Positions 10,585-25,667 are shown, counted from the first letter of the stretch. The stretch is DNA of 64,000 bases from Candidatus Dormiibacterota bacterium (GCA_963717185.1 CAVQVY010000053.1:83-64082); one strand, 5' to 3'. Notes: generated by a model from the sequence alone, not told the origin. Made by a program: numbers and translations.

Positions 10585-13252
10585 CGGTCGTCAGGCGCCC
10601 GTGCGCACCTCGTCGGCGCACGTCCCAGCACGCCGTCGAGCATCTCGAGGAACTCGGTCACCCGCGCGGGCTTGGTGAGGAAGGCGATCGCCCCCGCTTC
10701 GAGCAGCCGGCGCACCTGCCGCTCGGTGGCATCGGCGCTGTACACCACCACCGGGATCGGGGCCGTGCGCGGGTCGTCCTGGAGGCGGCGGAGCACCTCG
10801 TCACCGTTGAGGTCGGGCAGGTGCAGGTCGAGGATGACGAGGTCGGGCCGGTGCTCGCGCGCCAGGTCGATGGCGATGCCACCCTGCATGGCGGTGAGCA
10901 GGCGCACGTTGGGGCGCAGCGCGAAGATCGACTCGACGAGCGCGATCGTGGCCAGGTTGTCCTCGACGTACAGCACGGTTCGCCCGGCGACGGCGTCGCG
11001 CAGCACAGGCGGCCCGGTGGCAGGGATGACCGTGGCGGAGTCCGTGCCCGTGGCCTGCTGCAGGCGGACGATGAAGGTGGCGCCCTCTCCCTTGGCGCTG
11101 CGCAGCTGCAGCGAGCCGCCCATGGCGACCGTGAGCTGGCGGGCGAGGGCCAGGCCCAGCCCCGTTCCCTGGACGTGGCTGCGCTCTGCGCCGAGCCGCT
11201 CGAACGGCTGGAAGAGCCGTTCCTGTTGTGCCTCGTCCAGTCCCGGGCCGTCGTCGATCACCTCGATCTCCACGGCGCCATCCCTGGCCGCAGCGCCGGC
11301 GACCACGTGGCCGCCCTCGGCGCCGTACTTGATGGCATTGGAGAGAAGGTTGAGCAGCACCTGCACGAGCCGCTGACGGTCGGCTCGGATGTAGATGCGG
11401 TCAGGACCCTCGATGCGGCATGCTGATGGTCACGCTGCGCTCGTTGGCGGTCTGGGCGACGAGCCCGACGCACTCCTCGAGAAGTGTGCGCACGTCCAGC
11501 GGCTGCAGCGAGAGGCTCTCGCGGCCCGCCTCGATGCGGGCGATGTCGAGCACGTCGTTCACCAGGCTCAGCAGATGCGAGCCGGCCCGCTGGATCGCGT
11601 CGATGGCGGTGAGCTGGTCCTCGCGCGGCTCGCGCATCTCGAGGAGATCGCTGAAGCCGAGCATTGCGGCCAGGGGTGTCCGCAACTCGTGGCTCATTCG
11701 CGAGAGGTACTCACTCTTGGCGTTGCTGGCCTGCTCGGCCACGTCGCGAGCATGGCGGAGCTCGTCGGCGGCGCGTTTCTCATTGGTGATGTCGCGGTTG
11801 ATCTCCAGCACCGCAATGGGTTTGCCCTCGGCGTCGCGCTGGACCGCCCAGCGTGCGCTGATGGGCAGGGTGCGGCCGTCCTTGGTGACCTGGCGCAGCT
11901 CCCCCTCCCAGTGCTCGTGCTCGAGCAGAGAGGCGACGATCATCTCGAGCGGCATCGAGTGCTCCGACTGCAGCAGCGGCAGCGGGTCTTTGCCGATCGC
12001 CTCCTCCCGGCTGTACCCGTACAGCTCGGATGCCGCCTTGTTCCAGTACTGGATGGCGCGGGTGTCGAAGTCCCAGCTGAAGACCGCGTCGTAGGCGAGG
12101 TCGAGCAGCTCGGCGTTGCGGCGCACCCCCACCACCAGGTGGACACGGTCCAGGGCGACGGTGATCGACACCGCGTACTGAGCGAGTCGTGACAGCTCCT
12201 CGTCGCCGAACAGAGGTGTGAACGGGCCCGCCAGCACAGCGAGGTATCCCTCCCCGGCCTGCGAGCTGCAGCGGAACCACCGCGGCGGGACCCAGCGTGC
12301 TGGTGAACGAGAGACCGGCCGAGCCGCGCAAGCCCTCGAGCTCGTGGTGGAGACGGTCGCCGTCCGTGGGGGCGATCCCGGTCAGCGCGAGCACGCGGCC
12401 GTCCAGGGCGATCATCGCCGCACCGCCGCCGAGCAGACGGGCGGCCCACTCGAGGGCACGAGCGGCGAGCGTCTCCTCATCCGGGGAGAACAGCAGCAGG
12501 TTGTTGAGCGCCTGGCGCAGCTGGATCTCCTCGCCCTCACGCCAGATCCGTCGCAGCCAGCCGGGCGGGGTCAGCGCAATGGCGAGCAGCGGCATGCTCA
12601 GGAGCACCACGCTCTCGACCGCCAGCTGCAGGGTCGCGCTGTTCGATGCACCCACGGCGGCCACGGTGCCGAGCAGCGCGAGGATGATCCCGGCGAACCC
12701 CGCATTCAGCGAACGGAGCCGCGCGCGCTGCACCCGCGGCAGCGTTCCCGACACGCGCCAGAGCCGCACGATCGACGCTCCCACCACGGCGCACCACGTC
12801 AGCAGCAGCAGCACGTCGACCAGCAGCGGCACGCCGGTGGGCTTGGTTGCCGGGTTGTTGAGGTTGACCGCGATGGCTGCACCGGTGACCAGCGCCACCA
12901 CCACGGCGGACGACCGCAGTGCCCACGCGCGCATGGGGATGAGGCTGTTCCGGAAGAGCACGAACCCGAATGCCGACGCCATGAGCAGGAAGATGCTCAC
13001 CGCGGCCAGCACAATCGCGGCAGTGCCGGAGAACTGCGTGACCCTGCCGAGGATCGCGAGGAGGCCGAGGAGGCCCACCGCCACGGCGAGGTAACGGCGG
13101 CTCTGGCCGCGATGGCGCAACCAGTCCACGACGGTGAGCGCGCCGAGCAGGAACAGTGCCGCGCCCACCGCCCATTGAAGTGCCGCGAGTGCCTGGCTCA
13201 CATTCGCGAGTATGACGACCGGGGCCACGAGTGAACGGCGATCCGTTGCCAA
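10581..13252 (-). CDS. Membrane-bound PAS hybrid histidine kinase/response regulator (frameshifted)
   Basis: About 7 N-terminal TM helices, PAS (YWNKAASELYGY), H-box SRMSHELRTPL, N/G boxes NLLSNAIKY, GTGLGL, receiver VILDLHLPD. Confidence 0.85.
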
Positions 13253-13328
13253 TCCTTCACGTGCGGTATGAGCTTTCTGCGCCGCGCGGGCGGGCGAATC
13301 GCGCCGGTTGGGGCGACAATCCGCGCGC

Positions 13329-13945
13329 GTGTCCCACTACTTCGACCGCGACCCACTCGTCCGTTCCCGGCGGCGCCGCGTCACCCTGAAACTGCCGGAC
13401 GTCTCCCTGACGCTGGAGAGCGACGCGGGGTGTTCGGGCACCACGGTGTCGACAGCGGCACGCGGTTCCTGCTGCGGCGCGCTCCCTCGCCGCCGCCCGG
13501 CGGCGACCTGCTCGACCTCGGGTGCGGCTACGGACCGATCGCTGTGACGCTGGGGCTCAGAGCGCCGGCCGCGCGCATCTGGGCCGTCGACGTCAACCGG
13601 CGAGCCCTCGAGCTGACCGCTGCCAACGCGGCGGCCGCCGGGGCGACCAACGTCATCGCCGCGATCACCCGAGGAGGTGCCCAGCAGTCTGCGGTTCGCT
13701 GCGGTGTACAGCAACCCGCCGGTGCGCATCGGGCTGGCCGCTGCTCCATCCACTGCTGACCGGCGTGGCTCGACCGCCTCGAGGCCGGAGCCGCCGCCCA
13801 TCTCGTCGTGCATCGCCATCTCGGTTCGGACTCACTGGCGCGATGGCTCGGCGGGGAGGGGTTCGACGTCGAGAGGGTGGCGTCCCACGACGGCTATCGG
13901 ATCCTGCGAGTGCAGCCGCGGCAGGCCGTGGGGGATGATCGCTGA
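13329..13945 (+). CDS. Class I SAM-dependent methyltransferase (RsmC/MTS-like), frameshifted
   Basis: MSHYFD start, GVDSGTRFLL, LLDLGCGYGPI, VDVNRRA, YSNPPVR. Confidence 0.8.
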
Positions 13946-14818
13946 ATGGTCACTGCTGCGCTGAATGGCGCCCTCGGAACCATCCGCATCGACATCGACC
14001 CCGTGATCCACATCGGCGGCCTGTCGGTCCACTGGTACGGGGTGATGTACGCCGTGGCCTTCCTGGTGGCCTTCCGTTATGGCGTCCTGCCCCACGTGGA
14101 GCCGCGCGGCATCGATCGCCGCACCGCGGAGCGCGCCCTGGTCTGGACGATCATCTTCGGCCTGCTCGGAGGCCGTCTCTACTACGTGCTCCAGCAGCCC
14201 AACCTCGGTGACTACCTGCACAACCCGATTCGCATCATCGCGGTGTGGGAGGGCGGCATGGCCTTCTTCGGCGCCATCATCGCGAGGCCTCGCCGCCGTC
14301 GCCGTCTTCGCGTGGCGCAACCGCGCTGTCGACGTGGCTGCTCTGGGACGCGGCGGTGATCTTCGCGGTCGTCGGCCAGCCGATCGGGCGAATCGGCAAC
14401 GTCATCAACGGAGACATCCTCGGCGCGCCGAGCAGCCTGCCCTGGGCGACCGGCGTACGCCAACCCGCATGCCGTGCTGCAGACGGGGTTCCACCTGGTG
14501 AACTACCCGGGAGGACCGTGGTACTACCAGCCCGCGGCGGTGTACGAGGCGCTCGGCACCATCGTCATCGGGGTGATCCTCTTCGTGCTGCGGCGCCGGG
14601 GCGTGCGCAACGGCGCGCTGGCGGTGGCGTACATCCCGCTGTACGCGGTCAGCCAGCTCATCCTCTTCCAGTTCCGCGCCAGCGAGCCGGTGCTCGGCCT
14701 CGGCCTGCACCAGGCGCAGTGGACGGCGATCATCATGCTGGTGGTGGTGACCCCGCTGGTGTACCTGGCCTGGCGCCGAGGCGTCGACACGGTCAAGCGT
14801 GGCGCGAGCATGACGTGA
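13946..14818 (+). CDS. lgt: Prolipoprotein diacylglyceryl transferase (frameshifted)
   Basis: HWYGVMY, GGRLYYV, WEGGMAFFGA, QPIGRIGNVINGD, QPAAVYE. Confidence 0.9.
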
Positions 14819-15379
14819 CGTCGGCACGGCTCCGCTCGCCTCGATCATCGACCTGCTCTTCACCGTGCTCGAGCTCATCGTGTTCGCACGCGTGATGCTG
14901 TCGTGGCTGCCGATCAGCCCATGGCACCCGATGGCGCGCTGGCTGCGGCGCATCGTCGACCCGATCCTGCGACCGTTCCAGCGCGTGCTGCCGAGCTTCA
15001 GTGGCATCGACTTCTCGCCGCTCCTGGCGCTGGCGGTCCTCTACGTGCTCCAGCAGGTGGTCCACTCGCTGCTGGTGTCGGGCTCGGTGTCGCCCGGAGC
15101 CGCCGTGCTCGACGTGGTGCGCCAGGTGGTGCTGGGCATCGTCGATCTTCTTCTGCATCGTGCTGTTCGTCCGGCTGCTGTTCTCGCTCTTCCACGCCGA
15201 CCCCTGGCATCCCATCGTGCTGATGGTGCGACGCTTCACCGACCCGCTGGTGCGTCCCTTCGCTGGCGATCGTTCCGCGCGGCGCAGCCATCGACGGCGG
15301 CGCCGCGATCGCGTTCCTGGTGTTCCTCGCGCTGTACTTCGTCGGGCGCGCGCTGTTCGACGCCGCGGGAGTGTTCTAG
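14815..15379 (+). CDS. YggT family membrane protein, two YGGT-like repeats (frameshifted)
   Basis: RVMLSWL..HPMARWLRRIVDPILRPFQR..IDFSPLLA and a second HPIVLMVRRFTDPLVRP. Confidence 0.75.
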
Positions 15380-18300
15380 TGCCGCGCCGTCCTGCGCCCC
15401 ACGCCTCGCGTTCGGGAGCGCGCTCGCGGCGGGTCTCGAGCCGGTACGCGCCGGGACCGAGCAGAGCCTCGACAGTGCGCTCCAACCCGGGCCCCGGGTC
15501 GACGGAGAACCCGTCGTGGAGCGCGATGTCGTCGATCAACTCCGCACTCTCGACGTGGATGACCACGGGGGCGTCCCCCTGGTGGTCGGCGATCGCCTGC
15601 TGCAGCGGGCCGACCAGGTGGTGCTGGTCGGGTGAGAGCCGGAAATGCACAGTGCTGTTGCGCCGCCACGCCACCAGCCGTGGGTCGTCGAGCGCGAAGA
15701 TGGCGTCGGCGCGGATCTTCGACGGCTCGCTCTCGCGCTCCTCGTCGTCCACGCCCCGTTCGGGTGCGGGCCGGCTGGATCTCCACCTTGCCGCGGATGA
15801 CCACCACCGCGTCGGGGCGGAGCAGGTCGGCCACCTCCTCGAACACGCGGTTGAACACCACCACCTCGCAGCTGCCGGTGAGGTCCTCGATCTGCAGGAA
15901 CGCCATGCGCTGCCCGGTCGTGCTCTTGCGCGGCACGAACGCGCGCACGTCGCGGATGCAGCCACCGACCTGCACGATGAGGCCGTCGAGGTGACCGCCG
16001 AGCTCGTTGATCGAGGTGTCCACGCGCGCTTGCAGGGTGGTGGCGATGCGGCGCAGGGGGTGGTCGCTGAGGTACATGCCGAGCAGGTCACGCTCCCACG
16101 CCAGCCAGGAGTCGTCGCTCCTGCCCGGGGCGGAGTCGCCGTCAGCCGGCGCGACGTGCGGGACGAGGGTGCCGATGATGTCGACGGCGTCGCCGAACAG
16201 CGCGGTCTGGCCGAGGTCGCGCTCGCGCCGCACCGCCGCCGCATGGTCCATGGCCGAGTCGAGCTGGCGGAGCAACGCGTGGCGGTCGCCCAGGGAGTCG
16301 AGAGCGCCGCACTGGATCAGTGACTCCAGCACGCGGCGGTTGAGGTCGCGGCTGTCGACGCGCAGGCAGAGGTCGAGCAGGCCGGTGAAGGGGCCGCCCT
16401 CGTCGCGGGCGGCGATCAGCGCGCGGGTCACGCTCTCGCCGACGTTCTTGACGTGCTGCAGGCCGAAGAGGATCTCGCCGATGGCTACTTCGCCCACGGT
16501 GAAGCCGGCGCCGCTGCGGTTGACGTCGGGCTTGTGCACGACCAATCCATGCGCGTGTGCGTCGAGGATGGTCTGCTTGAGCTTGTCGAAGTCACCGCCG
16601 CGGCTGTTGAGCAGCGCTGCCATGAACTCGAGCGGATGGTTGGCCTTCAGGTATGCGGTCTGGTAGGAGATCAGTCCGTACGCCACGCTGTGTGAGTTGT
16701 GGACGACCAGGTCGTTCGCAACAAAGTTGTGGTCGGTGTCCACGGTCAGGTCGTACGTCTCCTCGATGCCGTCGAGCCTGATCTCGGTGATGCGGTCCCA
16801 GAAGACGTCTGAGACAGCGGCCTGGCGAAGGCGATCGGAGCCGAAGAAGTCGGCAAGGCGGAGGATGGTGGAGCGCCTGCAAGGGCGCTTGGCGGCCTCC
16901 CCACCATAGAACTCCACCATGGAAACGCCAGTACGTCGTTCGAGGTCGATCCATGTCAACCCGGCTCGGCGCCTCTCTGCGTCGACCACGGTTCGGACAC
17001 CGGCAGGGATCGTATCCACCGATGCCTGACCGCGTCGTGTCGCTGCGAGGTGATCGCGAAGCAGCTGCAGCTGCGCCGTTCCCTGCCGGTGCAATGCGGG
17101 CCGACGCGCTCCAGGAACGCCTCCGCTGCGCCTTCGCCGATGAGATGAACGGTGTAGCCGGCCTTGAGCGTGCCCCGGTACCGGAACTGCTTGGTGTGCA
17201 GGCCGGACGGAATGCCCAGCCGGAGCAGAAGCTGTTGCACGTCGCGAGCAAGGCGCTTCGACGACGTGGCGTAGAACGGCACATGGTTCGTGCCGGTGCC
17301 GGCGATGAAGCCGTCACCCGCCCACATCCTGCCTAGCAGAATCTCCAAGGATTCATCGGCCAACATGAATGCTGCCGCCGGGATGGCTTTCTCCGTGGCG
17401 CGCTTGCCCAGGATGCCGAGCTCCGCGGCCCAGCGGAAGGCGCCCGAGCGAACCGGCACGGCGGCGTCCTCAAGAACGAGGGCGTTGGTGCCATCCGTCA
17501 ACGGTAGGGTCAGTGGCTTGATGTACCCGCTGCTAAGGCACACCTCCATGCGCCCGTCACGCCGCCTGGTGATCCGCGGAAACGTGAGTGGGAATTGAGC
17601 TGCCGCTGACGCGAAGTCCTCGATCGCCGCCGGATTGTTGTTGTAGAAGTACAGGCATGAGGGGTGGCACGTGTTCCCCTCGGATAGTAGGCCGCCCAAC
17701 ACCACCAGCTCGTGCTTCGGCCACTGCGTCCCAGAGGCGACGGGCAGCCGTCTCGCCGATGCGATCCGGTCGCCAACCGAGAGCTCCTGCAGCCGCCGCC
17801 ATCCCTCGAACGTTCGAACGCGATGGTTGGCGGTTGCCCGCAGAGTGCGCCCCTGGGCCGTCTTCACCAAGAGAACAGGTCGGCGGCCATTGCTGACGAC
17901 GTCGGTAACGGGGCGCGGTCGCAGCAACCCGTCCTCTCCAAGCCCGTGAACAGTGAATGGCCTGCGCAACTGTCGTAGAGGTCACCGACGGTGGTGCGCT
18001 CGCCAGTGGTTGCGTCAATGACCTCGGTGTCGCGAACCAAACACTTGTTGAACCCGTAGCCCGCGAAGAACGCAATGAGATCGAAGAGCTCGATGGCGCG
18101 CTCCTCAGCCACGCCGTTGGCCGCCGCGCCGGCGAGGAACTTCTCGCGCTGCTTGGCCATCTTCGGCCTTGTCCTTCTTGCCCATCGCGGCGCGGAGGAC
18201 GTCGGCCTCGCCGAGCGTGAAGCCCGCCACGGCCTGCGCGATCTTCATGACCTGGTCCTGGTAGACGATGGTGCCGTGCGTCTCCTCGAGCACAGGCCGG

Positions 18301-20308
18301 AGCATCGCCTCGAGCCCCACCGGGTACTCGACGGGCAGCTCGCCCCGCTTGCGCTTGATGTACTGCGCGGTCGCTCCGCCCTCGATCGGCCCCGGCCGGT
18401 TCAGCGCACCGCAAGGGCCGACGTCCTCCAGCGTGCGCGGCTGCATGTCGATGAGGATGCGCTTGGCGAATGTCGCCTCCAGCTGGAAGATTCCGTGCGT
18501 GTCGGCCTTCGACAGCAGCGCGTACGTCGCGGCGTCGTCGAGCGGGATCTCGTCGATGTCGATGCGCGTCCCCGTCGACGCCTCGATCATCTGCAGGGCT
18601 CTCCTCGATGACGGTGAGGTTGGTCAGCCCGAGGAAGTCGACCTTGAGCAGGCCGACCGCTGAGACCCCCTCCATGTCGAACATGGTCACCGCGGTGCTG
18701 CGGTCTCCCATCGTCGAGCGCTGAAGGGGGACGATGTTGGTGAGCGGTTCGGCGCCGATCACCACCCCCGCAGCGTGCGTCGACGCGTTGCGGCAGATGC
18801 CCTCGAGACGGCGCGCGTTGTCGATGACCTGCCGCGCCCACCCCTCGCTGTCGTACAGCGCGCGCAGCTCCCTGCTCTCGTCGAGCGCCTTGTCGAGCGT
18901 GATCTTCACGCTCAGCGGGACGAGCTTGGCGAGCCGGTCGACGTCGGGCAGCGGCACGTTGAGCGCGCGGCCCACGTCGCGGATGGCCGCGCGAGCCGCC
19001 ATGGTGCCGAAGGTGATGATCTGCGCCACCCGGTCCTCGCCGTACTTGCCCTGCACGTACTGCAGCACCCGGTCGCGGCGGCGGTCGTCGAAGTCGATGT
19101 CGATGTCCGGCATCTGGACGCGCTCGATGTTGAGGAAGCGCTCGAAGATGAGCCCGTACTTGAGCGGGCAGACGTTGGTGATGCGCAGGACGTACGCGAC
19201 CAGCGAACCGGCCGAGCTGCCGCGTCCCGGCCCGACGATCACGCCGTCGCAACGCGCCGCGCGGATCAGGTCCCAGACGATCAGGAAGTACGGCGCGAAG
19301 CCCGGTCGTCTCGATGACGTCGAGCTCCATCGCCAGGCGCTCGCGCGCCTCATTGGTGATGTCGGTCGCCGTAGCGCTCGCGCAGCCCCGCCTCGCAGAG
19401 CTCGCGCAGGTACGTCTCGGCGCTGTGTCCCTGCGGGATCGGCGAGTACGCGGGAAGCAGGTTGCCGCCCAGCTTCAGCTCGACGTTGCACAGGTCGGCA
19501 ACGGCGAGGGTGTTGCGCACCGCCTCGCCGTACGGCGGCGAACTGGTCGCGCATGTGCGCCGCCCGACGTCACCGAGAAGTGCGGGCCGGCGAAACGGAA
19601 GCGCTTCTCGTCCTCGCGCCGTGCCTGGGTCTGGATGCAGAGCAGGATGTCGTGCGCCTCGGCGTCCTCGACGCCGATGTAGTGGGCGTCGTTGGTGGCC
19701 ACCAGCGGCAGGCCCGGTGCGCCGAGCGATCTCCAGCATGCCGGTGCGGATCGCATCCTCCTCGGGGATGCCGTGGTCCATCAGCTCGAGGAAGTAGCCG
19801 TCGCTGCCGAAGATCTCCATGTGCTGCCGGGCGACGCTCTCGGCCGCGTCCATGTCGCCGCTGAGGATCGCCTGGGGCAGCTCGCCGCCGATGCACGCGG
19901 AGAGGCAGATGAGGCCTTCGGCGTGCTCGGCGAGCAGCTCCTTGTCGATGCGCGGCTTGTAGTAGTAGCCCTCGAGGTGCGACCTGCTGACCAGCTGGAT
20001 GAGGTTGCGGTAGCCGGTCTCGTTGCGGGCCAGCAGGATGAGGTGGTTGGGGTCGCGGTCGGTGCGTCCCTCCTTGTCATGGCGCGACCGCGGCGCCATG
20101 TACATCTCGCAGCCGATGATCGGCTTGACACCGGCAGCGCGCGCCGCCGTGTAGAACTTCACCGCTCCGTACAGCGCGCCGTGGTCGGTGATGGCCAGCG
20201 CGCTCTGCCCGTGGCCCTTGGCGGCGGCGACGAGGTCGGCGATGCGCGAGGCGCCATCGAGCAGCGAGTACTCGGTGTGGGTGTGCAGGTGGACGAAGGG
20301 TTCGACAT
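15376..20308 (-). CDS. dnaE: DNA polymerase III alpha subunit, intein-containing (frameshifted)
   Basis: FVHLHTHTEYSLLDGA, GYYYKPRID, GPGRGSSAGS, PDIDIDFD, STHAAGVVI, GLLKVDFLGL, YGFNK/SHSVAY, C-terminal OB fold. Confidence 0.95.
16696..18043 (-). mobile_element. Intein with LAGLIDADG homing endonuclease inside DnaE
   Basis: Inserted at GFNK|SH; starts CLVRDTEV, block B ATANHRV, LAGLIDADG-like VLGGLLSEG and LLGRMWAGDG, ends TYDLTV..HNFVANDLVVHN|S. Confidence 0.95.
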
Positions 20309-20457
20309 CCTCCGTCGCCGACGGTCACCGGTCCTGTGACCATGCTCTCCTCGCGCTGCCGCCGAACAGACGTACGGTAGCAAGGCCAGGCCCGCCCTTG
20401 TGGGGCCGGTGACGGGCTTGGGCTGATCGGGGCGGCAGCCCGTATCCTCGGGGACCC

Positions 20458-21419
20458 GTGGACTTCCTCACCGGCCTGCACGGCGCCGTCGCCACCGTCC
20501 TGATCTGCGTCCTCCTCTTCATCGACGAGGCCGGGGTGCCGCTGCCGTTCATCCCCAACGAGGTCCTGCTGATCGTGGCCGGCCTGCTCATCGCGGCGGG
20601 CAGCCTCAACCCGTTCGTCTTCTACCCGATCGCCTGCGTCGCGCTCGTGCGGTGGGTCGTTCACCGGCTACAGCTGGGCCCGCCAGGTGGGGCCCCGCCG
20701 GCTGCGCAAGGTCGCCGTCAGGCTGCACGCCGCCAAGGCGTACGACCGGGCCTCGCGCCGGCATGGCGCGCGCCGATGTCCGCCACATCGCGCTGGCCCG
20801 GGTCATCCCGGGCGTCCGGGCCTACGCCACCCTGTGCGCCGGCGCTGCGGAGGTGCCCGCTGCGCACCTTCATGGAGGCCAACATCCCCGCCATCCTCGG
20901 CTGGGTGGCGCTGATGACCGGCATCGGCTTCGTCGCCGGCGTTCCCGCCGAGCACGTCCTCACCGCCGTCGAGGCCCAGCTCTTCAACTTCGCCCTCAGC
21001 GGTGGCCTGCTCGTCGCGCTCGGGCGTGGTCGCATACCGCGCCGCACGCCGCGCCCCGGACCCGCGCCGCGTCCCCGCGGCCGGGCCCTTCTTCGGCATC
21101 GCCCGGCGCGACCGCTACTGGCTGGCGGCCGCCGTCGACGCGGGGATCATCGCGGTCATCCTGGCCGGCTTCGACCGCTTCGACCCGCGCGGTGCTCAAC
21201 CTCAAGTTCCAGATCCTTCCCGAGGGACGCTACGACGTCGGCGTCATCGTGCTCGGCATCGCGCTCGCGTACATCCTGGTGAGCCGGCGCAGCTCCACGG
21301 GCGAGACCGCGGGCGAGCGTCTCTTCGACATCAGCTACGTGCACCGCGGGCCGCGCCGGCCGCCCGCGCCGGAGCCGTTCGACGACGACTCCGATGACGA
21401 CTCCGAGGACGCCGTCTAG
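20458..21419 (+). CDS. DedA/VTT family membrane protein with C-terminal extension (frameshifted)
   Basis: LLFIDEAGVPLPFIPNEVLLIVAG, ARVIPGVRAY. Confidence 0.75.
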
Positions 21420-22700
21420 GTATCGCGTCGCAGCGTCACCACGCTCTCCACGTGGTGCGTCTGCGGGAACATGTCCACCAGCTCGAACGACTCGATGCGG
21501 TACGGCCCGGACACGGTGAGCACGCGCAGGTCACGCGCCAGTGTGGCTGGGTCACACGAGACATACACGACGGTGGCGGGGCCGGCGAGTGCCAGCCACG
21601 CCGTGACACGCGGGTCGCAGCCGGCGCGCGGCGGGTCGAGCAGGACGGCGTCGGCAGCCGCTCCCACGCCGGGCAGTGCGTCCTCGACGGGCTTGGCGAC
21701 GTAGCGAACCCGCGACGCGCAGTCGTTGAGCTCGGTGTTGAGCACCCCGAGCCGCGCCGAGTCGCGGTTGCTCTCGATGCACACCACCGTGGCTCCCCGG
21801 GTCGCCAGCTCGCAGGCGAGCACGCCGACGCCCGCGTAGGCGTCGACGACGGTGCGCGCCGGCAACGTCGCCGAGACCGTGCAGCGCGGCGCCGTAGAGC
21901 AGGTCGAGCGACCCCCAGTTGACCTGGATGAAGGTGTCCGGCGAAACACGGTAGTCATGGCCCCGCCAGCTCAACGTGGTCGACGTCGTGCTCCAGCGCT
22001 GCGCAGCCGCGCGCGCGTGTGCATCCACCGCATCGGCGAGGAATTGATCGCGCGCGGCCGCGGCCGCAGCAGCAGCTCCTCGCCGGCCTCCGCCGACGGT
22101 CAGGTGGAGCGTGGTCAGCCCGGTCTCGCCGGCGTCGCGCACCAGGCGCGTCGAGCGCGGGCAGCGACGTCGGTGATGCGCGGGTGGTGGATGAGGCAGT
22201 CGTCGACCGCGACCGGCCGCCAGCTGCGCACCCTGTTGAAACCGAGGCGCGCATCGCGCATGCCGGCCTCGCCGGGGATGACATGGAACTCGCCACGCCA
22301 GCGGTATCGCCACGGGTCGTCCGCGCCCGTGACGACGAATCGCTCGGGCAAGCGGCACCGCCTGGCGGCGCATCGCGTCGCGCACGATCTCAGCCTTCAG
22401 CTCGAGCTGGTGGCTGTACTCGACGTGCTGCAGCTGGCAGCCGCCGCACTCCCCGTAGTACGGACATGGCGGCTGTGACGCGATGCGCCGATGGCGCGCC
22501 GACGGCGATGGTGTGCGCGAACCACACCCGACCCTTGCGGTGCTGCAGCTCGACCTCGACCTGCTCGCCGGGGAGCGCGCCGTCGACGAACACGCTGGTG
22601 CCGTCGTCAGGCGCGCCAGGCACACCGCCCCGTGCACCATCGCGCCGGCGACGACCGCGAAGCGCTCACCACGCCGGTGGCGCGCCGGCGCAGCCGCGAC
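21416..22700 (-). CDS. TRAM-domain RNA m5U methyltransferase (RlmD/TrmA family), frameshifted; start approximate
   Basis: VFVDGALPGE, CPYYGECGGCQLQH, FIQVN, VDAYAGVG, LDPPRAG, YVSCDPATLARD, DMFPQTHHVE. Confidence 0.85.
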
Positions 22701-22711
22701 CGGCGCGACGC

Positions 22712-24196
<1,485 letters not shown>

Positions 24197-24200
<4 letters not shown>

Positions 24201-25656
24201 GCGGCCACCAGCGGCGCGCGCGCGCAGGTGCCACGTCGTGGCCGCCTCGTAGGCGGCGGCCACCTGGAAGACGCGCGCGTCGTGCAGGCGCGGCGCGATC
24301 ACCTGCAGGCCGACCGGGAGCTCCGTCGCTGAAACCGCACGGCAGCGAGATCCCCGGCAGCCCGGCGAGGTTGACCGGGATGGTGAGCGCGTCGTTGAGG
24401 TACATCTCGACCGGGTCCTGGATGGCGCCGGTGGTGAAGGCGACCTTCGGCGAGGTCGGGCACACCAGCGCGTCGACGGACTCGAAGACCGCGTCGAACT
24501 CGCGCGCGATGAGCGGTGCGCACCTTCTGCGCGCGCCGGTAGTAGGCGTCGTAGTAGCCGCTGCTCAGCGCGTACGTGCCCAGCATCACCCGGCGCTTGA
24601 CCTCGTCGCCGAAACCCTCGTCGCGGGTGCGCAGGTACGTCTCGGTCAGCGACGGGCGCTCGACGCGCAGCCCGAAGCGGACGCCGTCGTAGCGCGCCAG
24701 GTTCGACGAGCATTCCGCGGGGGCGATGATGTAGTACGTCGAGAGGCCCAGGTCGGTGCTGGGCAGCGACACCTCCTCGATCGACGCGCCCAGCCCCTCG
24801 AGCACGCGCGATCGCCTCGGTGACGCGCTCGCGCACGCCGGGCTCGAGGCCCTCGCCCATGTACTCGCGCGGCACGCCCAGGCGCATGCCGCTGACGCCG
24901 TCGCGCATCGCGCGCACCGGGTCATCGACCGCGTCGGGCACCGACGTGCTGTCGCGCGGGTCGTTGCCGGCCACGGCCGACGTACGCCGCCGCGGCGTCC
25001 TCGACGGTGTGCGCGAACGGGCCCACCTGGTCAAGGGAGGACGCGAAGGCGATCAGCCCGTAGCGCGACACCCGCCCGTACGTCGGCTTGAAGCCCGACC
25101 ACGCCGCACAGCGACGCCGGCTGGCGGATCGAGCCGCCGGTGTCGGTGCCGTAGCTGATCGGCACGATGCCCGCGCCGACCGCGGCCGCGCTGCCGCCAC
25201 TGCTGCCGCCGGGGACGCGCTCGACGTCCCAGGGGTTGCCGACCGGCCCGAACGCGGAGTTCTCGGTGGAGGAGCCCATCGCGAACTCGTCGCAGTTGGT
25301 CTTGCCCACGCGGCACCGCGCCGGCGTCGAGCAGGCGCTGCACCGCGGTGGCCGTGTACGGCGGGCGGAAGTTCTCGAGGATGCGCGAGCCGGCGGTGGT
25401 CGGGTAGCCCTCGACGCAGAGCACGTCCTTGAGCGCCACGGGGATGCCGCACAGCGGACCGGCGCCGGCGGGGTCGTCGCGGAGGGTGTGCGTCGGCGCG
25501 CTCGGCCTGGCGGTCAGCGAGCTCGTCGGTGAGCGCGAGGAAGGCGTTCAGCGACCGTCCAGGCGCCGCTGAGCTGGGCGCGCGCGTCGTCGAGCAGCTG
25601 CCGCGGGGTCAGCCTCGCCGCTGCGCAGCGCAGCGGCCATCGAGGCTGGCGGTCAT
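24197..25656 (-). CDS. gatA: Amidotransferase subunit A (frameshifted)
   Basis: [53 protein letters not shown]. Confidence 0.95.
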
Positions 25657-25667
25657 GCCGGCGCTGC

